64,000 bases of DNA from Veleropilina oligotropha (GCA_048128005.1 JBEUKZ010000010.1:682001-746000); one strand, 5' to 3'. Shown: positions 48,813 to 63,360, counted from the stretch's first letter. Numbers and translations: made by a program. The notes: a model not told the origin generated them from the sequence alone.

Positions 48813-50094
48813 GTCTCAAAAAGAAATCAAAACCTGACTCGACATTTGATCACCAACCGATCGGAAACCAATACCGATACACAACCGACAACGAGACCCC
48901 CCACCATCTTACCTGCTGATCCACCCGCCGACTTTCCGCCCGCACCAGCCTCAGTTTGGCAACCCGACCTCAGCTTCCTGGAGGACATTCTGGCTGAAGC
49001 CGCCATCACCTTCAACCAACCATCCAGCAGCGTGCACATCGACGGCACCGAAAATTGGACATCTGTGACACCTCCTCCTCCGCAATCGGCCACCCCCACT
49101 GTCGAACAACTCCAACATTTATCTCAAGTCCAGCCCTACATAGCCCAATCTCGGCACTACATCCAGCCCCACCGGAGAAAATATCACCAATTTACCAACC
49201 AGACGAGAACTTCGTCCGCGACTTACAGCAGGACGCCGATCAGGCCCTTTCGAATTACAGTATCATGCCATCTGGCCTATTCACTGCTCGTGGACAATGG
49301 TACATTAACCCATATGATGGGCTAACATCATTACCCGTCATTTATAGCTGGCGCTCGCATAGCCCCCCCATAGGCTGCACGAGAAGAACTGCCACCACGA
49401 GCCATGTTATTCGATCCGCTCTAGCCGTAGCTAACTACATCTACAAAGTTAACAGAAAACGGCTCCAGCGATCCTTTTTGGACGACTTCCAATAAATAAT
49501 ACTATTAATTTCTCTACAATCTCATGTTCCTTCCTATAGTTCACACCCCTTGAAGTTGTAACTCCCAACGATCCTAATCGCAATTTAGGCACACTATAAT
49601 GACTCGGACCAGTCACACTTTCTGGACCCCGTCTAATCTCCGATACAATTTTATTCACATTTGTATTAAATGTGATACAGCTTAACCCGAAACGGGAATC
49701 AATTCCGTTTTAAGTCCATGATACGAATTCCAGATCCGCCTTACCCTGAAATAACGGCCACACACCAGACATCACGGGTATCTCAACCACTTACAAGTTT
49801 AATACCGGCATTTCACCGGATTCTTTTTTATCACGGGACAGTCGAATACCGGCACCTCACCGGATTCTATTACACACACGAGTCAGTTTATTACCAGAAT
49901 TTCACCGGATTCTTTTCTCTTAGATACATATACGAGTAGAACACACTCGGTTCCTTTAACCGACCCGCCGAACCGCTACATCCATTGGCGAGTCCGGGCG
50001 GCTCGCGCTCTCTCTATATATCTATATATACCATATACACACTGATAAACACATTGATCGTCCACTTCGACCGCTGCCATTCATAATCACCACG

Positions 50095-50410
50095 AACGGC
50101 TATTATTTCTGGATAGCCACTTTAGACCGAGAAATTCTGACCGGATATTTTCACCGGCGATTCCGACCGGCTATTTGACCGGCTATTTTGCTCGGCTATT
50201 TTGACTGGCTATTTGACCGGCGATTTCGGCAGGCTATTTCAACCGGCTATTTTCGACCGGCTATTACGACTCGGACCGGATATTTTGACCAGCTATTCTG
50301 ACCGGCTATTCTGACCGGCTATTTTGACCGGCTATTTTGACCGGCTATTTTGACTGGCTATTCCGACCGGCTATTTAGACAAAACGGCTAATAGAAAACG
50401 GCTATTACAC
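50095..50410. repeat. 12-13-bp minisatellite (GACCGGCTATTT[T])n inside the PLE
   Basis: About 20 direct copies are visible. Confidence 0.9.
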
Positions 50411-50483
50411 AATCACCATGGAGACACGTGACACCAACAAGCGAAAGTATAAAAGGCTGAACACATTTGGAACAATTGACACC

Positions 50484-50523
50484 CCTCTGATGAAGACCCA
50501 ACCTCGGGTTGAAACCGGTCAGG
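50484..50523 (+). ncRNA. Minimal type I hammerhead ribozyme (PLE-type)
   Basis: CCT-CTGATGA-A-GACCC/AACCTC/GGGTT-GAAA-CCG-GTC-AGG: conserved core, 5-bp stem II, palindromic ACCGGT stem III, 3-bp stem I. Confidence 0.8.
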
Positions 50524-50944
50524 CAATTCCTACCAAAGGCGCGCCCTCCAATGTAATCTAGCAGTCCTTCCATATATATTGTTGATTTCTTCCTTTCGGC
50601 ACACTCGTCAATTTGACACCAAGATTGCAAAGATCTAGCTTTAACCCATGCTCCGCACGGTGAAATATTTGCTTCATGTTGGTCGTGCAACTTTAATATT
50701 TAGCTAACATTAGGTTGTGTTAGCTAACGTTCGCTTCAATGGAAGTCATCATTGCAACCGTGTATCAATTATACAATATTCATATACGATAGTGATAGTC
50801 ATGTGATGTGCTTGAGAGTACCTTCACCCAGTGAACTCAGCGTGCCCGGATCTGGACAAATAAGACCATAAATGTAATTAAAATGTAAAGCTTTTGATTT
50901 TACCTAGCTGTAACCGTGTTTCGCACAGTGGAACATTTGGTTAA

Positions 50945-52650
50945 CCCTCTAACCGGTGACCTAGTATTTGGGAAAATATTTGACGATATGCATATATCAT
51001 ATATTAATGCTCCATAAAGGGTGAAATGTATAATATACCCTCTATAAACTATATATTTTCTTGAAGGTAATTGGATTGGCTATCTAAATATGACAAGCTA
51101 GACACTATGCACATAAATTACAAAAATATATTATGGTAAATGATGTAAATTTTAATTACAAAAAAATAAAGAAATAATTAGCGGTATGTTATCATGTTTC
51201 AAAATCATATTTCATGATAAAATATTAGTTTCATTTCATATGCAATTAATAAAAATAAGCATTATGAACAATTACGGAGCAAAAAATACAGATTATTACT
51301 GTTATATGGCATATTTCAGATGAAAATACATAAATGGCTAATATATAAAAAATAGGACAAAAATTCACTTATGCCAATGCCAACACTAAGATAAAGTGTG
51401 ATATATTTAATACACGTGACATCATATAGACTATGTATTATTTAGAATATAATGGAATAATCTACCTAAACATGACAAGCTGAACAATATAATATATATA
51501 TATACATATAATACCAAAAATATGATAATTTATGTAAATTTCATTTACGTGAAATAATAACAACACATCATCATGTTCGAAAAGCATGTTTCCTGATAAA
51601 ACATTACTTCATTTTAATATACATCCAACAAAACCTAGCAATTATAATCATTACAAAACAATTAAATACTGATGATTACGGTTATATGATATATTTGAAT
51701 CGCTGCCGCCTCAACTGCCTTGGGTACCCCTCGTCAATTTTTCTTTTGAGTTTTCCTTGTTCTGGCTGGTAGTGGAGCCTCATCATCGTACCTCTCTGGT
51801 TGTGAAGCAGCACCTAAAATAAAGAATAAAAGGCACTAAATAGATGCTAATTAATATAAAGTAACAAACTTATGTATAAAGTTATAAAACTGTGGCAATT
51901 AGGCCCATGCATCTATCCATAAAAAGGATATGCAAATAAATATAATATATGTATTATAACATATACATACATACAGTCGCACACATACTTACATCTATGC
52001 ATACATGCACGCATGTGTACATGTATATACACTTTATACAGTATTCATACAGACAGACATACATTCATAAAGTTTCGTGCCCCTAAATTATCTCCCCTTG
52101 ATTTATATTATTTACATAAAAATAATAACATACCTATCCGATTTATAATTATAAATTATATATTCCTATTCTAATTTTTATATAGGATGATTGCGTCAAT
52201 AACACACTCCTGGTTGTCATATTATCAGTAATTATACGCAATAAAACCAATATTTATATCTTACCTGATTGTGCATTTCCACGTGAAATTGATGACCCAG
52301 ACGGTCAGGTCAATCTGGGGTCAAATTCCTCGCTATTTTCGATGTCGGTCGCTTTTCCAGAAAATATCGTTTCTAACACTTGAGTGACTGTAAAACACTG
52401 CCGTCTCCCCTCCGACATTCCTGTATCAGCTGATGCCACACCCACATATATTTACGTCTTATTTTCGCTTATTTTCAGCTGACAAACTTCATATAAAAAT
52501 GGCGACTTCAATGTTTATGCATAACTTAGTTATCTATGACTAACAAGCGCCATCTATTATTGGAATGCGACAACTTCATTCATAGAAAGAGTGCGTAATT
52601 CAAACAGCACTAATGGTACGGAAGAATTCATCCGTCCACCGGTTACAGGG
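50945..52650. mobile_element. Non-autonomous piggyBac-like element
   Basis: TTAA TSDs at 50941-50944 and 52651-52654; TIR CCCTCTAACCGGTG / CACCGGTTACAGGG (13 of 14 match). Confidence 0.85.
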
Positions 52651-54251
52651 TTAATGTTGGTCGTTCAACTTAAATATTTATGTAACGTTACATTGCGTTA
52701 GGTAATGTTGAAGTAATCCTTGTACCAAGAGAACCATCTACTGACATGAACAACTTAGTATATATAAATAACATAAATTATAAATAATCTCAATGAATAT
52801 CAATATCAAGGAAATAATCATCAAGGCGTCACATACCTACAATGTATTGTGCCCGTTAGCGATAACACAACTCAATTTCGTCAATAATTATAGGTATAAT
52901 ACCACAGTCACGTGATCGCTGATTTGGCCCAGTGGATAAAAGTTGCACCGAGTGACCCAAGATTGGACGTTCCCCCGTGTTCTGGGTGAATAAGACGAAA
53001 AATGCAAAATCTAAAGACATACTTTTATTCCTTTCGACACGCTCGTCATTGTGACACCAAGATGGCTAAGATCCGTCGCGCTGTGGCGGAGTAAAGCCGG
53101 CTTCAAGAAACGACAACTGCATATTTATATACAAGATGATCACATTTGCATTAGGTTGCAATAATCGAGCCAAGCTTTGATCCAAATATTGAAGTTAATG
53201 ATGTAGTTTATAACGAGTTCATTGATCTTCGAGTTTTTATTTAATACAGTGCTTGTTATAAATTTGTGTACAGTAATATTTTGTAAGATCTAACCTTAAA
53301 CGTGGAATATATCTAAATATATGAAGTAGTAATTGTTTGTTTGTTTGTGGGAAATCACCCATTTGTTAATGGGTGTCTGACTGTGCCTGCTAGTATATAT
53401 ATATAATAGATAAAGTTAATTAGAAAAACTTGTTACCTGTCCGTTTTAAAATACGTAAAATCATGTAATCTTCCATTTATGGATTTATTCCTTGAAATCG
53501 AAATGCCGCATTTTGTCGTTAATTTGAGAGCTCGGTATTATAAAGCCTCTTTCAGAAATTACAACACCGATTGCCTGATGCAATCTGATCTGCATCTCAG
53601 GCCTAATGGTCTCCCCACGTTTTCTTATTTTCGTTCCACTGATTCTGTCAGGTTCAGGTTGAACCTAATTGATTTTTTCACCAATCTTGAAAGTAAACCC
53701 AGCACCAGTCCTCCTTCCTGTTTGGTGGATCATGGCGTGTGAAGACCGCAGGCGAGTGGCACAACTGCTCCGATTGCATTTAGGTCCATTTCCTCCTATC
53801 AGTCAAATAGCTTTATTTATCGTTCGGATCAAACAAAACCGATGTCAGAAGCTGGATTAATGGAACAGTTTCACGAATTATTATTTTGATCATGTAGAGA
53901 CCTATTTCATTACATGATAATTAAGTTCGCTTTGGCTCTAGGATTAATAAGAGAAATTCAAGTCTTTCAATATATGCTAACATGCTGTTTTCTGGAAACG
54001 TTCATGAGGTTGCTTATAAATTGCTTGTTATCATTTGAACAAAAAGATTGGAATTGATCTAAAGGAATTCATTTCACTTATGTATATAATACCATGATTG
54101 ATCCAGCAGTATGATCATATTGGGACTTGTCCATATTTCCGTAGGACGAATGGCTGGAATATTTTGTGAAACTCCACCGGTTAAGGACTATCTTGACTGA
54201 TATATCTTCTACAGGGTGTTAAATCAACCCTGCGGAACCAGGGTGGTCAGT

Positions 54252-55037
54252 TTTTATCCCCCGCCCGAAGGGTAGCTGGGGATATTGTTGTTGCCATCTC
54301 CGTCCGGCCGTACATCCGTAAACAATTTGGTTAAAGTTTCGATTTGAGTGTATATAGCTTGCCCATGATACTTTTTGCCATATATATGCTTTTGTAGGCA
54401 TTATATGGATGACACCTGGTACACTGGAAGTGAGATTGAATAAAATGTAATATAATTATTGCATAAATGTAGGTGTTTTTTAACAGAAATTTTGGTTAAA
54501 GTTTAGGGTTAAAGTTTTTCATTGAGTGTATATCATGGGTTGTTGAAACAACATTTTGGTGTATATATGCTTTGGTATTGATCAATATGAATGTCAACTG
54601 ATACTATGGAAGCGATGCTGAATTAAATTTAATATAATTATTGCATAAAAATAGGTGTTTGTGGACATAGAAATTTTGGTTAAAGTTTTGTTGAAATTTT
54701 TCAATGGGCATATGGGTTGCTCTAGGCACTATTTTACATCCATATACTGTAGTGTTGACTATATTGATGCTGCTCCCTCATCTGCAAGTGATTTATAATA
54801 TAAATAACATGTGAAATTAGTGTTTGTGGACATAGAAAGTTTTGTTCAAGTTGAGTGAATTTCTGTTCTGTTCCATTATTGCATACATATTCTTTGGTGA
54901 TGCTTATATTGATACCACCTTTTACTCTAGCAATGATATTGAATATTATTTTGTATAAATATTGAAGAAACTTGATGTGTTGGGACATAGAAATGCAGAG
55001 GGCGGGGGATAAATCCGTTTTCTAATGGGCTCTTGTA
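54252..55037 (+). mobile_element. Helentron-associated element sharing internal repeats with 15918-17112
   Basis: subTIR TATCCCCCGCCC / GGGCGGGGGATA; repeats with GGTTAAAGTTTTTCATTGAGTGTATA and GGACATAGAAATTTTGG. Confidence 0.78.
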
Positions 55038-56489
55038 TATGTTTCCATTTCAATTTTCAATGCGTAACGTAATGAATCCTAGGTTTAATTGGTTAACATT
55101 TGTTTGCTGCAGACATTGGCAGCATAGTATATCGTAGTGGTATTTGCAAGCATTACAGGCCACCTCTAATTACAGTATTAATTAATTGTTATTTTATGCT
55201 GTAAATATTCCTTTTGTTATGGTTTATTATGTTTCAAAAAATTTAAAATGTCTATTTGATTACATATAGTTTCAAAATTGGAAATATTGTTTATACAACT
55301 CCAGAATGGAACTGCAGAATGCTTATGGTCTTCCGACATTTGAGCGAATATAATACAGATTTGCCTCATTATAAAATGTACTCAGGTCATTCTAGATGAC
55401 CATTATTATTATAAGGCCTGCAGGCAATATGACCTCGCTCTCTGCCAAATACATCCGTTATCATTAACCCGCACAACAATGTGGACGAAAAATCCGTTCA
55501 AATTGGACACCGAGTTCTCTAGTCCTTTGATCGTCCACTTGCCTTCGGCCAGTATTAATGCGTATTCATTAGCGATATTCATCTCTTGACAATCGGATGA
55601 TAGATGGCGCTGCTGTCACTGTGCTGAATGGGTTTAATTTGAGGCAACATCGATGGGAGCGATGTCCTGGGATGATTCCATTGATTGTTGGCGCGAGTTC
55701 AAACGACGATCTTTGTTACAGAATAAGTGATCTTTGTTGTCCATTGCCACAGTTTCATCTAATAAGTCTCCCGAGATAATAGCGATGTCATTGTATATTC
55801 AGAACTTGTCGATTCACTTAGTTCCGTCTCGATGGTGGATTAATAACGTGGTACCCTGAGACTCCTGTTATTCATAATTCCTATATTTTGTTTGTGTCAT
55901 CACATCACATTTCATTTACAGTGTTCAAGAATGATAAAATTACCTACGGAATATGAATATTCTGATTACATTGATTTTTGCCAAAAGTTTTAGAATTCCA
56001 ATTTTGTATTTATTTTTTACGCATTGCGATTCTGTATGATAACATTTTTTCATAATCGTTTGCAATTTGCAAACGTATTTGGGTAATCCTGTGAGACTCG
56101 CGTAGCATATTAAATGCGACCAGTTAATTGTCACCAAACTATTTATCAGCTCTTTCAATTTCCAGTTTATTTTACAATTCAAATACCCTGCGCCATCTCA
56201 TTTGAGACAGTCGTCCTGGTCACTTTGTAAAGAAGATGAGACGAAGTCAATTGTGATATTTCAAAGCGAACAGGATAAACGTTCCACATCAAAGGAGATG
56301 CCGCGGGATAGCTTCAAATAACATTCACTAGTAAATCTTCACGCCATTTAGATTCTCTTAATTAGTTGTCGAGTGGATAAGAGAGAACCTCTAATTCAAT
56401 TGACTGCATGCGCTACTTCAAATTGGTGGGTTCGATTCGTCGGAATTGCACTTTGTGCAGTTAACAGTGACGGTTATCCGTAACTGACT

Positions 56490-56802
56490 GGATTGTGAGG
56501 ATTGTGAGGATTGTGAGGATTGTGAGGATTTCACCAGATTCTATATAATCCAAGCGTTCCTCCATGTTAATACGAATATGTCCCAATATGAACATCTAAT
56601 ACTTATAACAGTTACTGTAATCTCTCTCGCTCTGTGTAACGCAGCAGGTAAGATTGTCTCCCCTAGTAGATATTAAACGGGGACAATAATTACAAAAATC
56701 AAACAAAACAATCATGCCATGCCATTTGAGATACCACATGGGACATTTTTCATTTGAGATACCACATGGGACATGTTTCATTTGAGATACCACATGGGAC
56801 AC
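56490..56802. repeat. Short tandem repeats: (GGATTGTGA)4 and 3x CATTTGAGATACCACATGGGACA
   Basis: Seen directly at 56490-56530 and 56723-56802. Confidence 0.9.
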
Positions 56803-56834
56803 TAAATTCTAATTTACGGCTTCTCTTCTTTTAG

Positions 56835-56951
56835 TCACAATAACCAAACCACATCCTGGGTACCTCCACGGGAAAACTGGGACTCCGGAAACGGGCTGCC
56901 GTACGGATGGGAAGAAGCCGCGGACAAGAGCGACAAGCAATATTACATCAA
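56835..56951 (+). CDS. Internal exon of a host WW-domain protein, FRMPD4/Preso-like (HNNQTTSWVPPRENWDSGNGLPYGWEEAADKSDKQYYIN)
   Basis: Polypyrimidine tract plus TTTTAG acceptor, AA/GTAAGT donor, 117 nt, phase 2-2; LPYGWE...YYIN WW signature; W-x-PP-x-x-x-W before PYGWE recalls the FRMPD4 N-terminus. Confidence 0.88.
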
Positions 56952-57039
56952 GTAAGTAATCGCGCTGTTAAGATTCATAGATGTATTCTTCATTAGAGGA
57001 AGTCATTTGGCTGGTATGGAAATCATAGTAGAGTGATGT

Positions 57040-57582
57040 ATGACACTAGTATGGAATTCATAATTATCCTGATTCATGTGTCTAGTGTGGAATTCATAGT
57101 GATTCATGTGTCTAGTGTGGAATTCATAGTGATTCATGTGTCTAGTCTGGAATTCATACCTAGTGTGATTCATGTGTCTAGTGTGGAATTCATAGTGATT
57201 CATGTGTCTAGTGTGGAATTCATAGTGATTCATGTGTCTAGTCTGGAATTCATACCTAGTGTGATTCATGTGTCTAGTCTGGAATTCATACCTAGTGTGA
57301 TTCATGTGTCTAGTCTGGAATTCATACCTAGTGTGATTCATGTGTCTAGTGTGGAATTCATAGTGATTCATGTGTCTAGTGTGGAATTCATAGTTATTCA
57401 TGTGTCTAGTCTGGAATTCATAGTGATTCATGTGTCTAGTCTGGAATTCATACCTAGTGTGATTCATGTGGTTATAGTATTGAATTTATAATTTAAGAGT
57501 TATTCATGTGGCTAGTGTGGAATTCATAATTAGCGTGATTCATGAGGCTAGTACAGAATTTATAATTAGCGTGATTCATGTG
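57040..57582. repeat. Intronic minisatellite with 27- and 36-bp unit variants
   Basis: GTGATTCATGTGTCTAGT(G/C)TGGAATTCATA with or without CCTAGTGTG. Confidence 0.95.
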
Positions 57583-60500
57583 CCCAATATGTTCTGTCTT
57601 TATAGTGAAACTGCGAATATCTTGCACTTCAGCGACAATAATTTTTCATGTGAATTATTGATGTTTACTGTTGAAAGTAGTTGTTGCCATGGTTATTTGG
57701 AAATGAATAAAACTTACAACTTTTGAAGAACCATACTGCGATGTTTGTTTATATAATGCACCATTGCAGGAAAGCAGAAGAAGTGATGATTAACATTTGA
57801 CGACTTAACTCGGTTATTTTGAGCCGTTAATATAGACTCGGGCTACCGTTGACAAGCCTGTAAGTAGACAGATGGATTATGAACCATTGTCATTAAACCA
57901 TTACAGGGGCTTCGCTTAAGCAGAAATGCGTTAAGGAATACCCATAACATGGATGACGGTAGCTTCATTATTGACGGAGGAATCCTTATGAGTGAAATAA
58001 ACAAGAGAAGCATATGTTCGAAGGAAGTCAATTACCATCCGCGTTGTCAATTATGACTGACCTCAAGCCTCTAATCATGATGATAAGGTTAATTATAAAA
58101 TAAACAAACTGTCAGGAGAAATGATATGTTGCTTTGAAGTAAAATTGATTTGGCTAGTCATTATGTACAAATGGATAATACTGTTAAATCGAAAAAATAA
58201 TAACATGGCCTAATATGAATTTAGAGGTTTAAAAGGTCAACTCCGAATGATTTAGCCATCAATCACATGGTTTGTTTATTTGATCTCTTGCATGAGATGC
58301 CAGTGTATAGTGCTTGCAACTATTTGGGATATCCCACATTGGGCTGCAAGATTGCTCTAATTTATTCAATTATTTTAAGCATCGCATAAAGCCTGTAACA
58401 TTATATCATTTCCTATTCCTTGGCATTTCCTCCCTGTTCGACTCGTCAATGTCAGACTTGGATAAAATCGTTATGTATTCTGTGTGATTGTTTGTAGAAT
58501 TCTGTCGTTAATAATGTCGGTTATTATCAGAGGAGTCTATTTTTAGGTAGCGTTCTTTAGAGAGCTTTGCCAATAACATTTATTGCTGAAAATTTCTGTG
58601 TGTGATCATATGAAATATCTTTCCATGCCATCGATCGATAATTATTTATCCAAACTTCGTTCTTTTTCTACTGCCGACTGTGAAATGTTCCTATCAGCCT
58701 ATTTACTGTGTCCACTGCTGCTATCCGAACACGTCAGACGCAGGCATCTTCGGAAGTTATCAGACGATGTATTGATTATGTACCAAGCGGATTTTGTCGA
58801 AATAAATATTTAGCTGCAGTCGAATATGACCCTGAATGGGTCTTAATTATTCTGACAATTGGAATAGTCATGACCAAGATGGTTTTTATTAAACACGCCT
58901 CCTCTAGACTGTATTAGCTCCTTTAAGAATTGGTTTGCAAGAATTTATAAATCAGGTTAATAATTGTCAATTTAATATAAAAGTGAAGTGTATGAATAAA
59001 TAAGCAATCGATCCATTGCATTTTTACGTCAATCAAATCATCAATAATTTTCAAAGTTGTAATGAACCAAGCAATATATTGTTGTTTGATATTGTTTGAT
59101 ATGATCATTCCTAGCTGTGATATCTCTAGCTGAATTATTTTGACCAGTGTGGTGGCTCCAATTGTTATGTTAATTAAATTTGATGCTAGTCACAAGTTTC
59201 ATATTTTTGCGGTTTTATTTGTAAGCAGAAGTTGTATGAAATTCCATATGAGCTTGGAAGACCTGGTCGTTATATCTTGTGTTTATATCAAAGTTATAAA
59301 TGGATTTTTGTGACAATTTGAAGAAAGTTTGACCATGTACATATTCCCATTGGTTAGATTTCCATCAAGATCAGGAGCTGTGTGATAATTGTTGATAATT
59401 TTATATCATATATCTACCAAGATTCACCATTGATTGCCTTGTAGTTATTTGCTGCCGCGTTGCATACGCGGGTTTAAACGCATATATGTTCAATTTCGCT
59501 TGTAATATTTGTGTTGATTTACGGGAGTGGCTTCAATTTCTGATCTCGAATACGGTGATCGAGTTAACAGTCACAGTGGTCCATGACTGAGCATGACAGG
59601 TTGGTTTTCCTCCCGTGACAATATGCACCTGATACAATGATGATAAGTAACAGAACTGGCCCAATCCAGTCCAACTATAATTATGACTTGAAATAATCCT
59701 GCATGTCCATGTTATAAACCCTACCATTACTGATCGATACATTTTGAAATGTCTTCAACCAAGAGACAATCTCACATGCAGGCACGGCAGGTCAGTCACG
59801 GAGTAAATTGAGAACTACGTCGTAACATTGAAGCTCACACAAAAAAGTGCCAGACAGATAGATTTACAAATGAGGCTCCAATTAAGACACAATAATTGTT
59901 TACTTTTACAATAAAAGTTTACTTTCATTTTAACCAAGATATACATCCGATTTAGTAGATAACAAATGACGTTTTGCCATGGAAATGAAATGTCACTTTA
60001 GCAATATCATTACGTCTCGTTATGTTTCGCATAATGTCTGCGGTGGTGAACGGTACAAAGTTGCCAATATTTTGTCTAGACACCATTGTTCGCTAAGAGC
60101 ACTCTCTGCTGAATGATAGTGCTCCTTGCTGCATGGAATCGCAATTGATCATATTTCGCTGACTAAATATAGTGTTTTGTTCGTTTAAAGTTATAACCAT
60201 CTCTTATTTAGTTATGGCATCATGGCCATATGCTGAAGGTTCAGGAACGTAATTAATTCTTTTTGAATTAGTGAGGTAGAAACCTGGACCCACCCTGGCT
60301 GACACTAGACAACCAATATAAACAATCTTATTACGTACCTATGTCGAAATCCAAGCAAGATTTGAACCTGTGATTTCAGCTATTACTGAGTTGGAATTGT
60401 ATATTAAAATATCTCAAATTCGTCTCTTATTACCAATTATTGTGTTGTGATAATCAAACAACTGTTTTTACGTAAGCATTAAACATTGCTTCCTAAAGGA

Positions 60501-63360
60501 TAAACAGTGTTTTATTGTCCTCTTTGCATGATGGTGCTAAGCTTTGACGATCATATTTGGCCACTGATAAGACTTGGTGGCTTCACTCAAGACAATAGTG
60601 ATGGAGTGACCATTTAAGCTGGACATTTACCCTGAATTTTCCACTAGGGGGATAAATATAGCACAAAAATTTAAAGATCCCATGGTTATAGTGATACTGC
60701 CCCTAATCTGAAAATGGTTGGGCCACCCATGACCAGTTAAGATAGGGAACTGGAGTATTAATTAATGTTAATCAGTAACATAATTATATTCAATAATAAT
60801 CAAAGAGTTAAACTAACTGTAATGTCAGCATCCAAGAAGGAAGATATTCGATATAGTGTGCTTAACAGTATTAACTTGTGACTTCATTTTATTGTCGTGG
60901 TCCATGGTTTAATTAACTTTATTGTTAGCTAGATAATAGTACTGCACTTCTTTTTAACACTATAAGTAGGCTGATTAGTTTATTAAAATCATATATTTTA
61001 AATTATTGTACGGTTTTGCAATGGTTTAAGTCAGTTATATCAATCGCTTTTTGTTGTCCAATCGGAGAAGCCAGTGCAGTTAACAACTCAGCACGGTTTA
61101 ACTATAGGCTTCTCCCTTTAGATATCCAAACATCGAAGTTAAAAGCACGGCATGTCTATGGCTACGAGAAGGTTGTGTCGTCTACTTTGCTCTAGCTTTT
61201 ATTTTCGTGTTCATCCTCGTTATGGCAGTGACTTCAAATTATTTTCGAAAGGAAAATATTGGATATGTTAAGTAAATGTCTCGTTAATAGCAGTTCAATC
61301 TGCTCATCAAGGCCTGAAATTAATTTGCAGCTGTACCATGAAATGGGATAATAAAGCAGTAACGGACTAAACGTGTCAGGAGCTGTTCTCGTTGAGCCGC
61401 CATTACGAATGCAAATAGGCTACTAACTCCACGATCACCGTCGATATGATAACGTGGAGTTAGTGCGGCCTATTTACGATGAAATTAAATTCGCTCTTTA
61501 AATGCTGATAGACACTGACAGATTGGGTAAACTGTCTTGCTAAATTGGTAACAAATCATATGTAACGAGCCCCTTTACTACTAGACGGTTGGTGCTCGAT
61601 TTTCGCTAATCGACTAATTCCGTTGCGTTGCCCTGCTTCGAGATTAATGAATGAATGAAAAAATGTTGTATAATTTAGTTTTTGCGTCTTCAAATGCTAT
61701 AGAAAATATTAGTTCACTAATTACACAGAAAATTAAAAAAAAATTTCATTGTTTTGAGTTTCATCTTTGAATAATGGTGGGGTATCTTGCAGGACAGCAG
61801 TCATCCAACGTTTCACTATTCGATGCGGATTGTTATTCATATGATTCAATGTCGTCTGACATTACGTGTAATTACGATATGTTGATCGAGTTGCACGGTT
61901 GCCTCTTAACTCTGTTCCTTCTTGTCAACTATAAAGTGAATAGTTGGTTTAGCTGTCAAGACAGTAATCGATTTATATTGCTGAAACATTTTTTGGGTGG
62001 CAATCCACTAAAACTACGGAGTGATCGAGGCTTGCGATCTGACAGCATGCGTGATGCGTTAGTGGTGTAATGTATTTTAAATGCACTGCATAACCGGATT
62101 TGGACACTCCATGTTGGCAGTCGGTTTAATGCAGAAAATCTGTCAAAAATGTTTTAAGACGGACCTTAGCATTTAGAGTGATCGATTTCTTTGAGCGACA
62201 AGACATGAACAGTGGATCATCGGAAGGTGGGCTGCATATGCTAATGAAATTTTCCTTTTGAGCACTCAATAAAATGCATTCTTCATTGAATGGGATCTCC
62301 TAATAATTATAGTGGTATCAATAATCAATAGTTATGAAAGTAAATGTGCATTAGTAGAGTACGTACCAAAAGGAGATTTTTGACTATTGTCCTTTTTGTT
62401 TTCAATCAACGGCAGCTAGTTTATGACAATGTGAAAAACAAAGTGAAGCCACCATGACTGCAATGCATGGTTTACTTGATACTCAGTAATGAACTTACTT
62501 AATTAAATCAATTTTCATCTTTGAAAATAGAGACCTATATAAGTGGAAGATTTTGCTTCATGTTCGGTGTTACTGGATTCTTAGTTACAGTTGTGAAGAA
62601 ATGTAAAATAAATTGTACAAATTTGCAATCGGTATTCATTCTAACTTTAAACTATTAAATAATTGAACAAAAATTGAAATTGCATGCATGCACAATATTA
62701 TACACTATTTGTTATACACTATTTACAGTACAAGCATATGTATATTATGTAAGTTCGCACCAGACTTTTTAGATATTATCAGCTTTTCTGCATCTCAAGG
62801 AAGTGAACCTAACAGAAAAGGAAATCAGCACTTGCACATACATCTGTGATTCTCGTAAAATATTGTCGGTTACATCAACAGACATAATGTTGTTATGAAC
62901 GTGCAAACTCTGCGAACAAACCAGATGCCAAAGTTAGTGTACAGATCTCGGATTGAATATCTTGTCATGTGTAAATATAGAAGGTGTCTGTCATTACACA
63001 GTCTAGAATTTTGAAGATATGTAATTTTAGGTTTTACTGGGGTGTGTGTTTGTTTTTCAATGCACTGCTGTGACTGCTATAGGATCAAGAAAGGATAATG
63101 TTTATGCATTTGTACCTTCCAATGAGATCAGTGCTGCTATAGTTGTGCATACTCTTTGGGTGAATGATAATGACTAGATAATAATGCATTCCTTACATCG
63201 CCTTCAAACACTGAAATTGTCACATATTACATATCAAAATGGCTAGTTCCGATTAGACCTGTTTTGAATCAGTCATTGCCTTGCATGCACATATAGTTGA
63301 TCAACGTTGAAAATGATGGAGTGACTGTAGCTGAATCAGTTTCACCAGCAACTCGTGCTG

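Larger units (their letters stand above)
48469..50578. mobile_element. Penelope-like element (PLE) insertion with an inverted segment
   Basis: 14-bp TSD TTGTTGATTTCTTC at 48455-48468 and 50579-50592; GIY-YIG fragment on minus, hammerhead on plus; an uninterrupted paralog of the host repeat lies at ~52890-53070. Confidence 0.85.

Noticed and set aside
57003..57491. Repetitive ORFs on both strands
   Set aside because: Translations of an intronic minisatellite whose units are multiples of 3.
57700..63300. Further exons of the WW-domain gene or other genes
   Set aside because: I could not find a convincing phase-2 exon continuing the WW domain; the short ORFs look like random AT-rich intron sequence.
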